Positions 30,238 through 40,794 of a stretch of 64,000 nt of DNA are shown piece after piece; position 1 is the stretch's first letter, and each line of letters begins with the position of its first letter. The position numbers were made by a program, and so were the translations under genes. Source of the DNA: Fibrobacter sp. (GTDB lineage Bacteria; Fibrobacterota; Fibrobacteria; Fibrobacterales; Fibrobacteraceae); assembly GCA_024398845.1 (NCBI GenBank), contig JAKSIM010000001.1, positions 3,558-67,557 of the forward strand, written 5' to 3'. The notes under the pieces are model-generated. The model was not told the origin of the DNA and searched no databases. It was given only the letters and a program-made list of their open reading frames with translations.

Positions 30238-31281
30238 ATGATGTTTAGGTATAGGATTATTGCAATTATCGCAATTGCATTTGGATTTGCCCTTTGCAAC
30301 GCCGCTGAAGTCACCCCTCCCCAGGGGAATGTCCGTAATTTGACGGCAAATGACTTTTTCCCGCACAAAAATACGACCAAGGAATTCAACGAAACCTGGA
30401 ATTACCAGTTTGTATTTGATAACGGAACCCGCGCGTTCGTTAGCTACTCAACCTTGTACATACCTGGTTCTGGCAAAAAAATCGGGTGCGAGCTCACCCT
30501 TTGGAATTTTAAGGGCAAGACTCATACCGTTGGAAGGCAATACCCGCCAGAACGTTTAAAAACCATCAAAGAAACTTCCACGATTGACATCAAAGGCGAA
30601 TACGCCATGGAACACCAGCCCGGTAAAGGGCACCGCGTTTACTTTACGGCAGACAAAGGTGGAAAATTCTTTATGGACGTCACTTTTGATAGCGCCATTC
30701 AAGGGAAGGTCCCGGGCGACGGCGTATGGAAAATTGGCGACCAAAAACTGGGCCAATACATTCACATTCCATACGGGCGAGTCAGTGGCCGCATTGGCTA
30801 CGAGAGCGACACCATCGCCGTAAAGGGGTATGCCTACATGGACCAGGTTTGGCAAACAGAGCAAGCCACCGATTTGGCAGTCCGCTCTGTAAACTTTAGC
30901 ACCAATACCAAAGACCAAATGTACGCAGGCCGTATTTCTATTACCAATGACCGCAAATTCGTAGGCTACGTTCTTTATAACAGCCCCGAAGGCATTAAGG
31001 TTGCGACCCCCACCAACATCATGGATGGAGACCGTGACTACAATGGCAAAAAATTCGCCAAAACAGCCTTGGTCTTTGACTTTGCAAACAAGATTCCGAA
31101 CCTCAAATTTGCCGTAGATAAAACGTTCCAAAAGGCATCTTTACTCGACAAGGTCGATGGATGGTTCGCCAAGAAGGCCACCAAGATTGCCGCCGGCGGT
31201 GAAGTGCTATTCTACCGCGGTCGAAGTCAAGGTAGCAACGACAAAAAAATTGACTGGGCCATTACAGGATTTAAAGACTAA
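30238..31281 (+). CDS. secreted hypothetical protein (possible AttH/Svf1 lipocalin-like fold)
   Basis: Signal peptide; ETWNYQF..DNG and GYAYMDQVW motifs. Confidence 0.6.
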   Translation: MMFRYRIIAIIAIAFGFALCNAAEVTPPQGNVRNLTANDFFPHKNTTKEFNETWNYQFVFDNGTRAFVSYSTLYIPGSGKKIGCELTLWNFKGKTHTVGRQYPPERLKTIKETSTIDIKGEYAMEHQPGKGHRVYFTADKGGKFFMDVTFDSAIQGKVPGDGVWKIGDQKLGQYIHIPYGRVSGRIGYESDTIAVKGYAYMDQVWQTEQATDLAVRSVNFSTNTKDQMYAGRISITNDRKFVGYVLYNSPEGIKVATPTNIMDGDRDYNGKKFAKTALVFDFANKIPNLKFAVDKTFQKASLLDKVDGWFAKKATKIAAGGEVLFYRGRSQGSNDKKIDWAITGFKD

Positions 31282-32108
31282 TGACAAAATTCCGCCCCTG
31301 CATAGATTTACACGATGGCAAGGTAAAGCAAATCGTTGGAAGTTCGCTCTCCGATAGTGGAGCAGGCCTCAAAACGAATTTTGAAACGGACCGCAGTTCC
31401 GCCTGGTTCGCCGAACTCTACAAAAAAGACGGCATCAAGGGCGGCCACGTGATTATGCTTGGCAAAGGGAACGAAGAAGCCGCTAAAGCAGCCCTCGCCG
31501 CTTACCCGGGCGGACTCCAGGTCGGCGGAGGCATTAGTGCGGCAAACGCAAAAGAATACATTGATGCAGGCGCCTCGCACGTGATTGTCACGAGCTGGAT
31601 TTTCCCCGATGGAAAACTCAACCGCACGCGCCTCGATGAACTCGTCAAGGCCATTGGCAAGGAACGCCTGGTACTTGACCTCAGCTGCAAGCGCACGCAT
31701 TCGGGCGAACTCTGCGGCGAGCGCCTTAATTCCTGCGGCAACCACTCTGATTTTAGCGGCAATCGACCGCAATGGAACATTGCCACGAACCGCTGGCAAA
31801 CGCTCATTGACATTCAAATTACCGAAGCGAATCTCGAAGACCTCGCCCACAGTTGTGACGAATTTTTAATTCATGCCGCCGATGTAGAAGGCAAGCAACA
31901 AGGCATGGATGATGAACTGATTAAATTTTTAGCCGCCCACAGCCCCATTCCGGCGACTTACGCAGGTGGAGCAAAATCTCTTGAAGACCTCGTCCACGTC
32001 AAGGAAATTTCGGGCGGTAAAATAGACCTCACCATCGGAAGCGCATTGGACCTTTTTGGTGGTAAAGGAGTGAAGTATGACGACTGCGTCAAATTCAACC
32101 AAGCTTAA
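31281..32108 (+). CDS. hisA: ProFAR isomerase, eukaryote (His6)-type HisA
   Basis: FRPCIDLHDGKVKQIVG, GGHVIMLG, LQVGGGI, EFLIHAADVEG, LTIGSALDLFGG. Confidence 0.93.
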   Translation: MTKFRPCIDLHDGKVKQIVGSSLSDSGAGLKTNFETDRSSAWFAELYKKDGIKGGHVIMLGKGNEEAAKAALAAYPGGLQVGGGISAANAKEYIDAGASHVIVTSWIFPDGKLNRTRLDELVKAIGKERLVLDLSCKRTHSGELCGERLNSCGNHSDFSGNRPQWNIATNRWQTLIDIQITEANLEDLAHSCDEFLIHAADVEGKQQGMDDELIKFLAAHSPIPATYAGGAKSLEDLVHVKEISGGKIDLTIGSALDLFGGKGVKYDDCVKFNQA

Positions 32109-33513
32109 GACCTCGGACCAGTTAGACACACGTCCGGGCATATTTGGACGTATTGTCACCAGCACATTCCGCAAGAGCTTTAACATTAAGCACAAGCCCC
32201 CAGGAAACGTTAGAACCTGCTGGATCCCTCCGGTGGTATTTCTCTCGGTACTCCGCAACTTGCCCACACTACTCAAACTGCGTTGCTATTTAAAGAAAGA
32301 ACGAAAGAACCGCCCGGCTAGCGATGTGCGCATTCTGTTTTACTCCGACAACCTGGACGAAACAAACGGGATTGCCAACAACCTGAGGAACGTGATCCCT
32401 TACATGCGTGCGCACGGGATGAAAGCGTTCCTCGCCGGGAATGCCTTTAACACCCGCCCCTGCGGCGTTGTAGAAAACGGCTACTGCATGCTCCTTCCGC
32501 GCATGTTCAGCATGGAACAGCTTGGATATGCGAACAGCGAGCTCGCCATCCCCCGCATTAGCCCCGTACTCCGTTTGCTCAAGCGTTACCCTGTAGATTT
32601 GATTGAACTCGAAACCCCAAGCCCGGGCGCATGGCTCGTTTGCTTTTGCGCAAAAATTGCGGGCATCAAGGTCTTTAGCCATTACCGCACCGACGTTCCA
32701 ACCTACACCAGAACCCTAGTGAAGGCAAAGTGGATGCACGTTTACGTGCTAAAGCTTATGCAAATCTTTTACTGGATGGCACGTCCGGTCATTAGCCCAT
32801 GCGATGACTACGCCAATATTTTGACTTCTGAATTGAAGGTCCCGGCAAACCAGGTGCAAATCCTTCCGCGAGGTCTCCCGCTCGAAAAGTTCTCCCCCGA
32901 CATGCGCGGCAAAGGCACTTGGGAAAAATACGGCGACACCCGCGAAAAGCGCCCCGTACGTTTCGCCTTTATCGGGCGAATTTCCAAAGAAAAAAATTTG
33001 GAATTCTTGAACAATATGTGGAAAAAATTCGCTGTCAAGCACAACGACGTGGAACTCATGTACGTAGGCTACGGCTGGTACCTCGAAGAAATCAAGAAAT
33101 TCTTTGAAGGCGACGACAGCGTTCACTTTGCCGGCGAACAAGGCGGCGAAACTCTCGCAGGTCTTTACGCCGATACGGACTTTTTCTTGTTCCCGAGCAC
33201 AACAGACACCTTCGGGAACGTGGTCGTCGAAGCCATGTCCACCGGAACCCCCGCCATTGTGAGCAACTACGGCGGTCCGCGCAGCATCGTGAAAGACGAC
33301 AAGTGCGGACGCATTTTGCCCATTGACGAAACCAAGTGGCTTGAGACTTTGGAAGAATGTCGCAAAATTAAGCTGGAACAAATTGAGCTTTACGAACAAA
33401 TGCGCAAGAACTGCCACGAAAAGAGCCGCCAGTACACACTCGAAAGCTCCACCAAGACACAGTTCGAATACTTCCGCAAGCTTAAAAAAGAATACTACAA
33501 GTTAGCCGACTAG
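32077..33513 (+). CDS. GT4 family glycosyltransferase
   Basis: GRISKEKN; FPSTTDTFGNVVVEAMSTG. Confidence 0.9.
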   Translation: MTTASNSTKLKTSDQLDTRPGIFGRIVTSTFRKSFNIKHKPPGNVRTCWIPPVVFLSVLRNLPTLLKLRCYLKKERKNRPASDVRILFYSDNLDETNGIANNLRNVIPYMRAHGMKAFLAGNAFNTRPCGVVENGYCMLLPRMFSMEQLGYANSELAIPRISPVLRLLKRYPVDLIELETPSPGAWLVCFCAKIAGIKVFSHYRTDVPTYTRTLVKAKWMHVYVLKLMQIFYWMARPVISPCDDYANILTSELKVPANQVQILPRGLPLEKFSPDMRGKGTWEKYGDTREKRPVRFAFIGRISKEKNLEFLNNMWKKFAVKHNDVELMYVGYGWYLEEIKKFFEGDDSVHFAGEQGGETLAGLYADTDFFLFPSTTDTFGNVVVEAMSTGTPAIVSNYGGPRSIVKDDKCGRILPIDETKWLETLEECRKIKLEQIELYEQMRKNCHEKSRQYTLESSTKTQFEYFRKLKKEYYKLAD

Positions 33514-33532
33514 CCAATCGGTCCTTTAATTT

Positions 33533-34636
33533 ATGCACCCAGACGCGCTAAAAAATTTAAGGACCTGGTTTACCAAGAATGCAGCCAAACTCCCATGGCG
33601 TTTAACAGACTTGAACGCTCTACGGGATCCATACGCCGTGTGGATCAGCGAGACTATGCTGCAACAGACACAAGTTACAACCGTTCACGATTATTTTTTG
33701 CGCTGGATGGAGCGATTTCCAAACGTCCAAACACTCGCAAAGGCAAGCGAAGCCGAAGTCTTTAAATATTGGCAGGGGCTTGGGTACTACAGCCGCGCAC
33801 GGAACGTACTCAAGGCGGCGCAGATTATCGCAAGCCTTGGAAAATTTCCGGACACGCGAAAAGAACTAGAAGCCTTGCCAGGAATCGGGGCGTATACCGC
33901 TGGCGCCATTTTGAGCCTCGCCTACCACAAGCGCGAAGCCATTTTGGACGGGAACCTCGTACGCATTTTTAGTCGATTTTACAAAATTGGATTTTTGCCA
34001 ACCGACAAGCCAAGCGCCAAAAGCAAAGGCAAAAGCTGCGCCGAAATCTATTGGAATTATGCCCGACAGGTCGCAGATAGTTCCAAGGCTTACATGCACA
34101 ACGAAGCCTTGATGGAACTGGGACGCACCATCTGCAAGGTCAAAAATCCGCTTTGCGAAAAATGCCCACTTTCCAAATTTTGCAAAGCCCGTCTGGAGAA
34201 TTGCGCCGAAAGTTTTCCGCCCGCCAAAAAACACATTCAGCAGGAATGGCACGGGACAGTTCTCGTAATTGAATCTGCTGACAAAAAAATTCTTGGAGTC
34301 ACAGAAGGCTGCAAGTTTTTAAAAGGGCAACTCGCACTCCCGCATTTTGAATCGCCCAAAAGTGCAACCGCAGGTTTAACCGCCGAAGCCGAGCGCTTTG
34401 TCAACGCCGACACCATCAGGAGCATTTGCAATTGCGGGCGATTCCGCCATAGCATCACCATTCACAAAATTGAATGCGAAGTGCAGCACATTGTACTAAC
34501 GACGGCCGCGAAAACAACACCCGCAGGGCTCGCCGCCACATGGATACCAAAAGCGAAGGCCTTGGAGACCTTCGCCAACAGCTTTAGCTTAAAAGCCTTA
34601 AAGCTCGTTAAAAAGTCTTCTTCACCGTGCAAATAA
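33533..34636 (+). CDS. mutY: A/G-specific adenine glycosylase
   Basis: SETMLQQT, GLGYYSRARN, LPGIGAYTA, C-X6-C-X2-C-X5-C Fe-S motif. Confidence 0.93.
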   Translation: MHPDALKNLRTWFTKNAAKLPWRLTDLNALRDPYAVWISETMLQQTQVTTVHDYFLRWMERFPNVQTLAKASEAEVFKYWQGLGYYSRARNVLKAAQIIASLGKFPDTRKELEALPGIGAYTAGAILSLAYHKREAILDGNLVRIFSRFYKIGFLPTDKPSAKSKGKSCAEIYWNYARQVADSSKAYMHNEALMELGRTICKVKNPLCEKCPLSKFCKARLENCAESFPPAKKHIQQEWHGTVLVIESADKKILGVTEGCKFLKGQLALPHFESPKSATAGLTAEAERFVNADTIRSICNCGRFRHSITIHKIECEVQHIVLTTAAKTTPAGLAATWIPKAKALETFANSFSLKALKLVKKSSSPCK

Positions 34637-36314
34637 AGCGCAGGCGATCGTAGCCGCCGTTTGGCGTTTGAAGTACTTCATTTGCAAGCGAATGCAATAA
34701 CGTTCCCGTTAAGAACAAGCCCTGTTTTGGGAACATTTGTTCGAAGGTCGCATCCCAATACCAATCGCCTTTAACGACCAGCGGGTCGCTGCTTCGCAGA
34801 TTCCATTCAGCATCGCTTCTATAGCGCAGGGAGTGCGAAATTCTAAATGACTTGCGGAACAGCCAATCGGCACTGAACGACACAAAGAATTCTGCAGGAT
34901 TCACTTCAAAGCGACTCGATTTACCATCGATGTGTTCAAAACCGCCCAACGCCTTAAAGTTGAACATTTCCTTGTACCAAAGTCCAAGCCACATTTCACC
35001 GGTAACGCCATGAATCCAGTCATTTATACGGCTCACATCACCATAGCGGTAAACTAATTTTTCATCTTTAACCGTATTCGTGGTATCAAAAGTCTCGGCG
35101 CCGTATTCCGACCAAAAACTAGCACGCCCTCCAAAGGCAATATTAGATGCGGTATCAGCGAAATCCGCATAACCTTGAATCAAATTCATTTGACCATCGG
35201 CAGACAAAGAAATGGTTTTACCATTAAAATACTCTTTGTCTTCGGCCATCGGGTTCAAGCGGGTTCCCGAAATATTTTTGACACCAATCGTTATTCCCAA
35301 GCGGTCCGGCGTCGGCACGAGAAACTCTAAACTATCTTGTACAAGCCAATCATCATCGTTTATACCAAACATGACATTTGCCGTTAAACGTTTTGTCGGC
35401 TGCACACGCAGTTCCACAAACGGCCACACCACACGGTCATCATCAAGACCCGTGTACACAATTCCAGAATCATCAACCGCACGGAAGGCCAAGCCCGCCG
35501 AAGCTTGCAGCAAGCCTTGTTCACAAAGTTTGCCACACTGATAATAAACGGAACCGTTTACTTCTTTGCGGTTGCCTTTTTCTTTTTTTACGTAATTCTG
35601 ATACTCAGCATCTTCGTAAGCAGCCGTCACAGAAAAGTTCCAAACATCGGCTCGAGCTTCAATACGCGGCGCATAATGAACTGGAATCCAGCGAGAGGAT
35701 TCGCCAAAGAGCCACAAGTATTCTTCGCCAGCCAAAACTGAAGCGTTTATAAAATCATTGGTAAAACCAAAACCCGCATAGCCCGAGCTAAACATCGGGT
35801 AGTTTTCTCCAAATAGCGAGAATTCATCTTCTACGATTTTTTTTCGATTAGTCATCGTATTTGATGAATAATGATCGTCCTGAAAACCACGCGCCGTGGC
35901 CCAAAATCCTTTAAAGCTAGGCGTGCGAAAACCGCCTTCCAAAATAGGAGTTCTATTGACCGGACGATTCTCGGGCGTAATCAAGTCTTGATAAATCATA
36001 TCGCCGAGTTCGTTGCCCGTTTTGACCCAAACAGACGGGCTGTACGGATCCCAACTCGGTAGAATGGATATGCGATTAAGCAATAGACGGTAACGCAATT
36101 TTTGCGGTGTCCACAATTCACTTTCGGAATGAAGCCCACCCGCGCCCGCTACGCGGTCAAAATAATACGTTGGGCTTCCCACGAGAAACGTTCCATCTCC
36201 ACGCGAAACAACTTCCATCCCCTCCATTTCGGGGTCTATAGAAGCAAGCGCCGGAACGGCAATCATTGCACTTGTCAAAATCGCAAACAGCCACTTATTC
36301 AAAGAGGAATTCAT
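34608..36314 (-). CDS. large outer-membrane beta-barrel-like hypothetical protein
   Basis: Signal peptide from ATG 36314 (TAATG coupling with the upstream gene); many amphipathic strands; terminal Phe. Confidence 0.65.
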   Translation of the reverse strand: MNSSLNKWLFAILTSAMIAVPALASIDPEMEGMEVVSRGDGTFLVGSPTYYFDRVAGAGGLHSESELWTPQKLRYRLLLNRISILPSWDPYSPSVWVKTGNELGDMIYQDLITPENRPVNRTPILEGGFRTPSFKGFWATARGFQDDHYSSNTMTNRKKIVEDEFSLFGENYPMFSSGYAGFGFTNDFINASVLAGEEYLWLFGESSRWIPVHYAPRIEARADVWNFSVTAAYEDAEYQNYVKKEKGNRKEVNGSVYYQCGKLCEQGLLQASAGLAFRAVDDSGIVYTGLDDDRVVWPFVELRVQPTKRLTANVMFGINDDDWLVQDSLEFLVPTPDRLGITIGVKNISGTRLNPMAEDKEYFNGKTISLSADGQMNLIQGYADFADTASNIAFGGRASFWSEYGAETFDTTNTVKDEKLVYRYGDVSRINDWIHGVTGEMWLGLWYKEMFNFKALGGFEHIDGKSSRFEVNPAEFFVSFSADWLFRKSFRISHSLRYRSDAEWNLRSSDPLVVKGDWYWDATFEQMFPKQGLFLTGTLLHSLANEVLQTPNGGYDRLRFICTVKKTF

Positions 36315-36991
36315 TACCAAATCCTCCTTTCCAAATAGACTCCAACGGTGAGCATATTCGAGCGTTCCGGCAAGGTCCAAAGCTGTTCCCAAAGAACATC
36401 CAGCCCAGCACTAAACAAGCCCTTATGCCAGCATGGCAAATTCAAACGCGCAAACCACCCGAACTCTGTTTCGTTATCGGTAAGGGTCCCGCCCAAGTCA
36501 TTTTTAAAACTACCGGAATCCACTCGACTTTCATCGTAATCAGCACGAGTCCAATTACAAGTAAAACCAGCACCAATAGCAAGCGGTCTAATTTTACTCC
36601 AGCGCCAATCCAAGCCTAAACGCCCCGTAAACTGGTGCACACCAAACACAAATGTTCCCTGAGGGATTGGATCAAAATAAGAATAATTAAACGTCACAAA
36701 ACCATCAACGTTTTCCCAATAAGAATACTTTATTCCAAAACCGCCAAACAAAGCATTATCTACCGCATCTTGAACATCGCCAAACGGGTAAATTTCGCCG
36801 CCCTCAATAAGAACAAAAAAATGCGAGAACGCGCTATCGGCAGGCGACGACGTTGATGCCGTTGTTGACTGAACAGATGCTGTTGAAGACTGCACAGATG
36901 CAGTTGGGGACTGCGCAGACGCTGTCGGAGACTGCGCGAACGAAGCGACAATCGACAGCAAAAGCATCGCTACAAGTTTTGCGGTTTTCAT
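36314..36991 (-). CDS. small outer-membrane beta-barrel protein
   Basis: Signal peptide; 7-aa repeats (SPTASAQ); aromatic strands; terminal Trp. Confidence 0.65.
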   Translation of the reverse strand: MKTAKLVAMLLLSIVASFAQSPTASAQSPTASVQSSTASVQSTTASTSSPADSAFSHFFVLIEGGEIYPFGDVQDAVDNALFGGFGIKYSYWENVDGFVTFNYSYFDPIPQGTFVFGVHQFTGRLGLDWRWSKIRPLAIGAGFTCNWTRADYDESRVDSGSFKNDLGGTLTDNETEFGWFARLNLPCWHKGLFSAGLDVLWEQLWTLPERSNMLTVGVYLERRIW

Positions 36992-38301
36992 TTCTTATAC
37001 TCCAGAGCCTGAGCGAAGAATCCATCAAGGCGCGGGTCGTTCTTGCCGGGGAGAATCGCGTTCCCGGCCTTCACGAATTCCGGATGCGCCTTGACGAAAC
37101 GGTTGATGACCTGAGTCGTTTCCATCGGGTCGGGGCTGCAGGTCGCGTAAACCAGGCGGCCGCCTTCGGCGAGGAACTTGGAAGCGTTTTCCAAAATCCT
37201 GTACTGCAATTCGGAAAGTTCCTTCACCGATTCCGGGGTCAAGCGGTACACCGATTCCGGACGGCGGGCGATTACGCCCATGTTGCTGCACGGAACATCG
37301 AGAAGGATGCGATCAAATTTAGACGACCTTTGACCACTTAGTGCTTTAGCACTTACGTGGGCATGGCCACCTTCAGGTGGGAGACTACAGACGAGAGACG
37401 AGAGATTTGCATTGTTAGGTGCGAGGACGTCGATGCATTCGGTTTTCACGTTCGTGAGTCCAAGGCGGTTCATCAAGTCCTGCATCTTCTCGAGCCTTGC
37501 TGCAGAAGAATCGCTTGCAAAAATTTCTAACGAGGAATCCATCTCGGCCATGAGCGCGGACTTTCCGCCAGGAGCGGCGCACGCGTCCCACACCTTGAGG
37601 CCCGGCTTCAAATCCAGAAGTTTCACCACCTCGAAGGCAGAAGGATTCTGGAAACTGAATTCGCCCTTCACGAACTCCGGAAGCGCAAGGAGCAACTTCA
37701 CGCCCACATCGCGCGGAAGTTCAATATAGCGGTCGTAAAGAATCGACGCCCCGTGAAGCCCGATTTTCTGCGCCACCACAGGGGCGCTCGACTTCTGCGT
37801 ATTCACGCGGACCCATTCCACCGGACGTTCAAGAGTCGATTTTGCAATCGCCTCGGCGGCATCCGCACCGTAAATATCGAACCAGCGGCGCACAATCCAT
37901 TCCGGCACGGAATTCTCGATGCTCACGCGACGCACGCGCTGCGGAGGGAGAGCAGGTTCGCCCGTGCGGCGGGCACTGCGCAAAACGGCATTCACCAGGC
38001 GGGCAGCGCCATCGCCCAAGTTCGCGGACTTCGCAAGTTCAACACTCGTGTTGATGGCGGCATGGTCCGGCACATCCATGAAGAACATCTGGAAGAGTCC
38101 CATCTCGAGAACCGTCTTCACTTCCAAGGAGGGCATTTTCTTCGTGAGCGTCTTGATGAAATATTCCAGGTACAAGTGCCTGCGGCACACGCCCAGCGCA
38201 AGTTCCATCGCAAACGGCGAAAGCCCGCTTTCCTTGATGAAAGCGCCCTCCTTCTGCCACAGCAGAAGCACTCGATAGGATTCTTCACGTTCCGTTAACA
38301 A
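36988..38301 (-). CDS. rsmB: 16S rRNA m5C967 methyltransferase (NusB-like domain plus MTase)
   Basis: NusB-like N-terminus; DACAAPGGKS, DVPCS, YATCS; directly downstream of fmt. Confidence 0.92.
   Translation of the reverse strand: MLTEREESYRVLLLWQKEGAFIKESGLSPFAMELALGVCRRHLYLEYFIKTLTKKMPSLEVKTVLEMGLFQMFFMDVPDHAAINTSVELAKSANLGDGAARLVNAVLRSARRTGEPALPPQRVRRVSIENSVPEWIVRRWFDIYGADAAEAIAKSTLERPVEWVRVNTQKSSAPVVAQKIGLHGASILYDRYIELPRDVGVKLLLALPEFVKGEFSFQNPSAFEVVKLLDLKPGLKVWDACAAPGGKSALMAEMDSSLEIFASDSSAARLEKMQDLMNRLGLTNVKTECIDVLAPNNANLSSLVCSLPPEGGHAHVSAKALSGQRSSKFDRILLDVPCSNMGVIARRPESVYRLTPESVKELSELQYRILENASKFLAEGGRLVYATCSPDPMETTQVINRFVKAHPEFVKAGNAILPGKNDPRLDGFFAQALEYKK
37321..37404. repeat. heptamer array (GAGACGA) carrying a 54-bp palindromic insert inside rsmB
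   Basis: 37327-37380 contains hairpins AGTGC-TTTA-GCACT and CCACCT-TC-AGGTGG; flanked by AGACGA/GAGACTA units; in frame. Confidence 0.75.
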
Positions 38302-39242
38302 AATTCAAGCCCCTCGTGTTTCTGGATTCCACGCATAAAGTCCGCCACAGGCATCGGCTTCTTGCCTTCCGCCTGGATTTCCACGACTTCCAAGATGCCA
38401 TCACCCGTTCCGACAAAGAAGCGATTTTCCTTGAACGCGACAGCGCCTGCGGCAAGGTTCGATACACCCTGAGCGGCACGGCATTCGCCAACGCCCACCA
38501 CATCCGTCTTGCGCAAGTAAACCGTACGGCCCGCCAGCTTGGAATATCCACCCGGCCACGGATTGAAAGCGCGGATGCGGTCATGAATCGTCTGCGCCGG
38601 CAAATTGAAATCGATGAGGCCTTCCTCTTTCTTGAGCTTTGCCGCCCCGGAAGCCTGAGCGTGATCCTGCGTCAAATCCTTCTCGCAGCCATTCTTCAAC
38701 TGGTCGATGGCATCGTCCAGGGCGTCAATCCCCGGAGCCACCATCTTGTCGAGCAAACTCGCCGTCGTATCCTGATGGTCAATCGGCACCACGCGCTGCG
38801 CCAAAATCGGACCGTGGTCCATCTTTTCGTCCAGGCGGAAAACCGTGACACCCGTTTCCTTGAGGCCATCCGCAATCGCGCGCTGCACAGGAGCCGCACC
38901 GCGGTATTTGGGGAGCATGCTGCCATGAACATTCACGGCACCGAACTTCGCGACACCCAGAATGTTCTTCGGCAAAATCGAGTAGGCCACCACCACGAAC
39001 AAGTCCGCATCGTACTTGCGGAGGTCCTCTTCAAATTCCGGAGCCTTCAAATCGAGCGGCTGCAACACCGGCAAATTGTGGTTCAAAGCCGCCACTTTCA
39101 CAGGCGGAGGCGTAAGCACGCGCCCACGGCCCGCAGGCCTATCCGGCTGCGTCACCACAGCCAAAACTTCGTTGTCGGAAGCAACAAGATGCTCCAGGAA
39201 ATGTGCCGCGAACTCCGGCGTACCCATAAATACTATTCTCAT
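38295..39242 (-). CDS. fmt: methionyl-tRNA formyltransferase
   Basis: FMGTPEFA, VTQPDRPAGRG, NVHGSMLPKYRGAAP, RAFNPWPG. Confidence 0.97.
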   Translation of the reverse strand: MRIVFMGTPEFAAHFLEHLVASDNEVLAVVTQPDRPAGRGRVLTPPPVKVAALNHNLPVLQPLDLKAPEFEEDLRKYDADLFVVVAYSILPKNILGVAKFGAVNVHGSMLPKYRGAAPVQRAIADGLKETGVTVFRLDEKMDHGPILAQRVVPIDHQDTTASLLDKMVAPGIDALDDAIDQLKNGCEKDLTQDHAQASGAAKLKKEEGLIDFNLPAQTIHDRIRAFNPWPGGYSKLAGRTVYLRKTDVVGVGECRAAQGVSNLAAGAVAFKENRFFVGTGDGILEVVEIQAEGKKPMPVADFMRGIQKHEGLEFC

Positions 39243-39253
39243 GCAAGGGAATA

Positions 39254-39281
39254 TAGTAATTAGTGGTTAGTGGCTAGAGAC
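39254..39281. repeat. heptamer tandem repeat
   Basis: TAGTAAT TAGTGGT TAGTGGC TAGAGAC. Confidence 0.65.
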
Positions 39282-39304
39282 TTGGGTTTGCATTTCTCGA
39301 AACT

Positions 39305-40582
39305 TTAGTCCTTGATGCAACGGACGGACTTTATCGAATTCTTTTTATCATTGAGCATAGAAATTTTTTCGTTATTGTACATCAACATAAAGCCGATAGC
39401 ATTGTCTTCACTGAGCAAACTGGATTCGCTAGCAGACCAGAATACAACATATTCACCAACACTACCATTAGCACCATTACCTGCAGGGAGAGCAGAAAAA
39501 CCAAAAGCATCCGAGCCATTATTATTTTCTAACCACCCCCAACTAGACATCAGCGACCTAGAAGTTTCACCTACCACAGTGTACAAAGTAATCCATTCAG
39601 AATGGCTCGGCAAACGCCAACCTTCGGGGCAAATACCACGCACTTTTTCGTTGGATTCGCATTCTACATGATATCCGCAGCCCTTGCCATCGTTACTGAA
39701 AGCAGCCACAGAATCCATGGCAGCAGCCCAGGTGTACATACGACCATACTCAGAGCAACCGTTTTCATTATCCGCATTTAATTCACCACCACACCGACTG
39801 AACTGGATGCTATCCGTTTCGCCCTCCGGCAAAATCTTGAGATCGTAATTCAGATTCTCCGCCATCCACACCTGGTCGCCGACTTTTACGGTCTTGTATG
39901 TTTGACCATCGCGGTCGTCTGTGATGTAGCCGTACTTTCGCACAATTCCCTGCGAGCAATATTGCGTGGCAGGGTCAAATGCGATAGAGCCGCAAGTGGC
40001 CTTGAAAAGCGTCGTGGTATCGGCGGTTTCATCTTTGCCACAGGCAAGCGTCACGACAGCCGCAGAGTCCTTCACAATTTTGCAACCAGCACCGTCTTTG
40101 CCATTTTCGCCAGACTCACCCTTTTCACCATTCCAAATCGTATCAACGACAATTTCGCCGCACGTAACTTCGAGACCCGCGAGGCCAGCATCATTCTCCA
40201 CTAACGTCGCAGTGCAGCTTGTGCCATTTTCGCCATCTTCACCATCTTCGCCGGAGTCTCCCTTTGCGCCTTTATCGCCCTTCGTGCCATCTTTACCATC
40301 CTTGCCGTCGGCACCATTTTCGCCGTCAACACCGTCCTTGCCATCCGCGCCCTTGAGCGTCTGCCAGGATTCGCCGTCGCAGACGAACGCCGCGGAGGAA
40401 TCCATCACGAAAAGCATCTCGCCCACGTTCGTCGTGTCGCACGCCTGCTTCGAAAGTTTTTCACCCTTCTCGAGCACGGCCATGCCGTCCTGGTGGATTT
40501 CGGTCACTTCGGTCACATCGTCACCGCAAGCGACAAACATCAAAGTACTGGCAGCAACAGCCAAAAAATATTTTTTGTTCAT
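39305..40582 (-). CDS. FISUMP (TIGR02145) domain lipoprotein with collagen-like repeats
   Basis: Lipobox FVAC; G-X-D triplets; DDRDGQTYKTVKVGDQVWMAENLNY, GICPEGWRLPS, SVRCIKD. Confidence 0.93.
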   Translation of the reverse strand: MNKKYFLAVAASTLMFVACGDDVTEVTEIHQDGMAVLEKGEKLSKQACDTTNVGEMLFVMDSSAAFVCDGESWQTLKGADGKDGVDGENGADGKDGKDGTKGDKGAKGDSGEDGEDGENGTSCTATLVENDAGLAGLEVTCGEIVVDTIWNGEKGESGENGKDGAGCKIVKDSAAVVTLACGKDETADTTTLFKATCGSIAFDPATQYCSQGIVRKYGYITDDRDGQTYKTVKVGDQVWMAENLNYDLKILPEGETDSIQFSRCGGELNADNENGCSEYGRMYTWAAAMDSVAAFSNDGKGCGYHVECESNEKVRGICPEGWRLPSHSEWITLYTVVGETSRSLMSSWGWLENNNGSDAFGFSALPAGNGANGSVGEYVVFWSASESSLLSEDNAIGFMLMYNNEKISMLNDKKNSIKSVRCIKD

Positions 40583-40794
40583 TAGACAAGCTCCTGGGAT
40601 TATTTTATTGCAAAAATAAAAAAAAATCGCACGCCTCCAAAAGCCGCTCCGTCACCCTTTTTTTGTATTTTTCTCCATAACTGGTACCAAAATACCGCTC
40701 TTTTTGCAGTATTTTGCATCACAAGGCCAAAAGTGGGCTTCGCGAAAATCACCGAAGCGTTCATTCCAAGATTTTTCTTGATTTCTGCAAGCGA

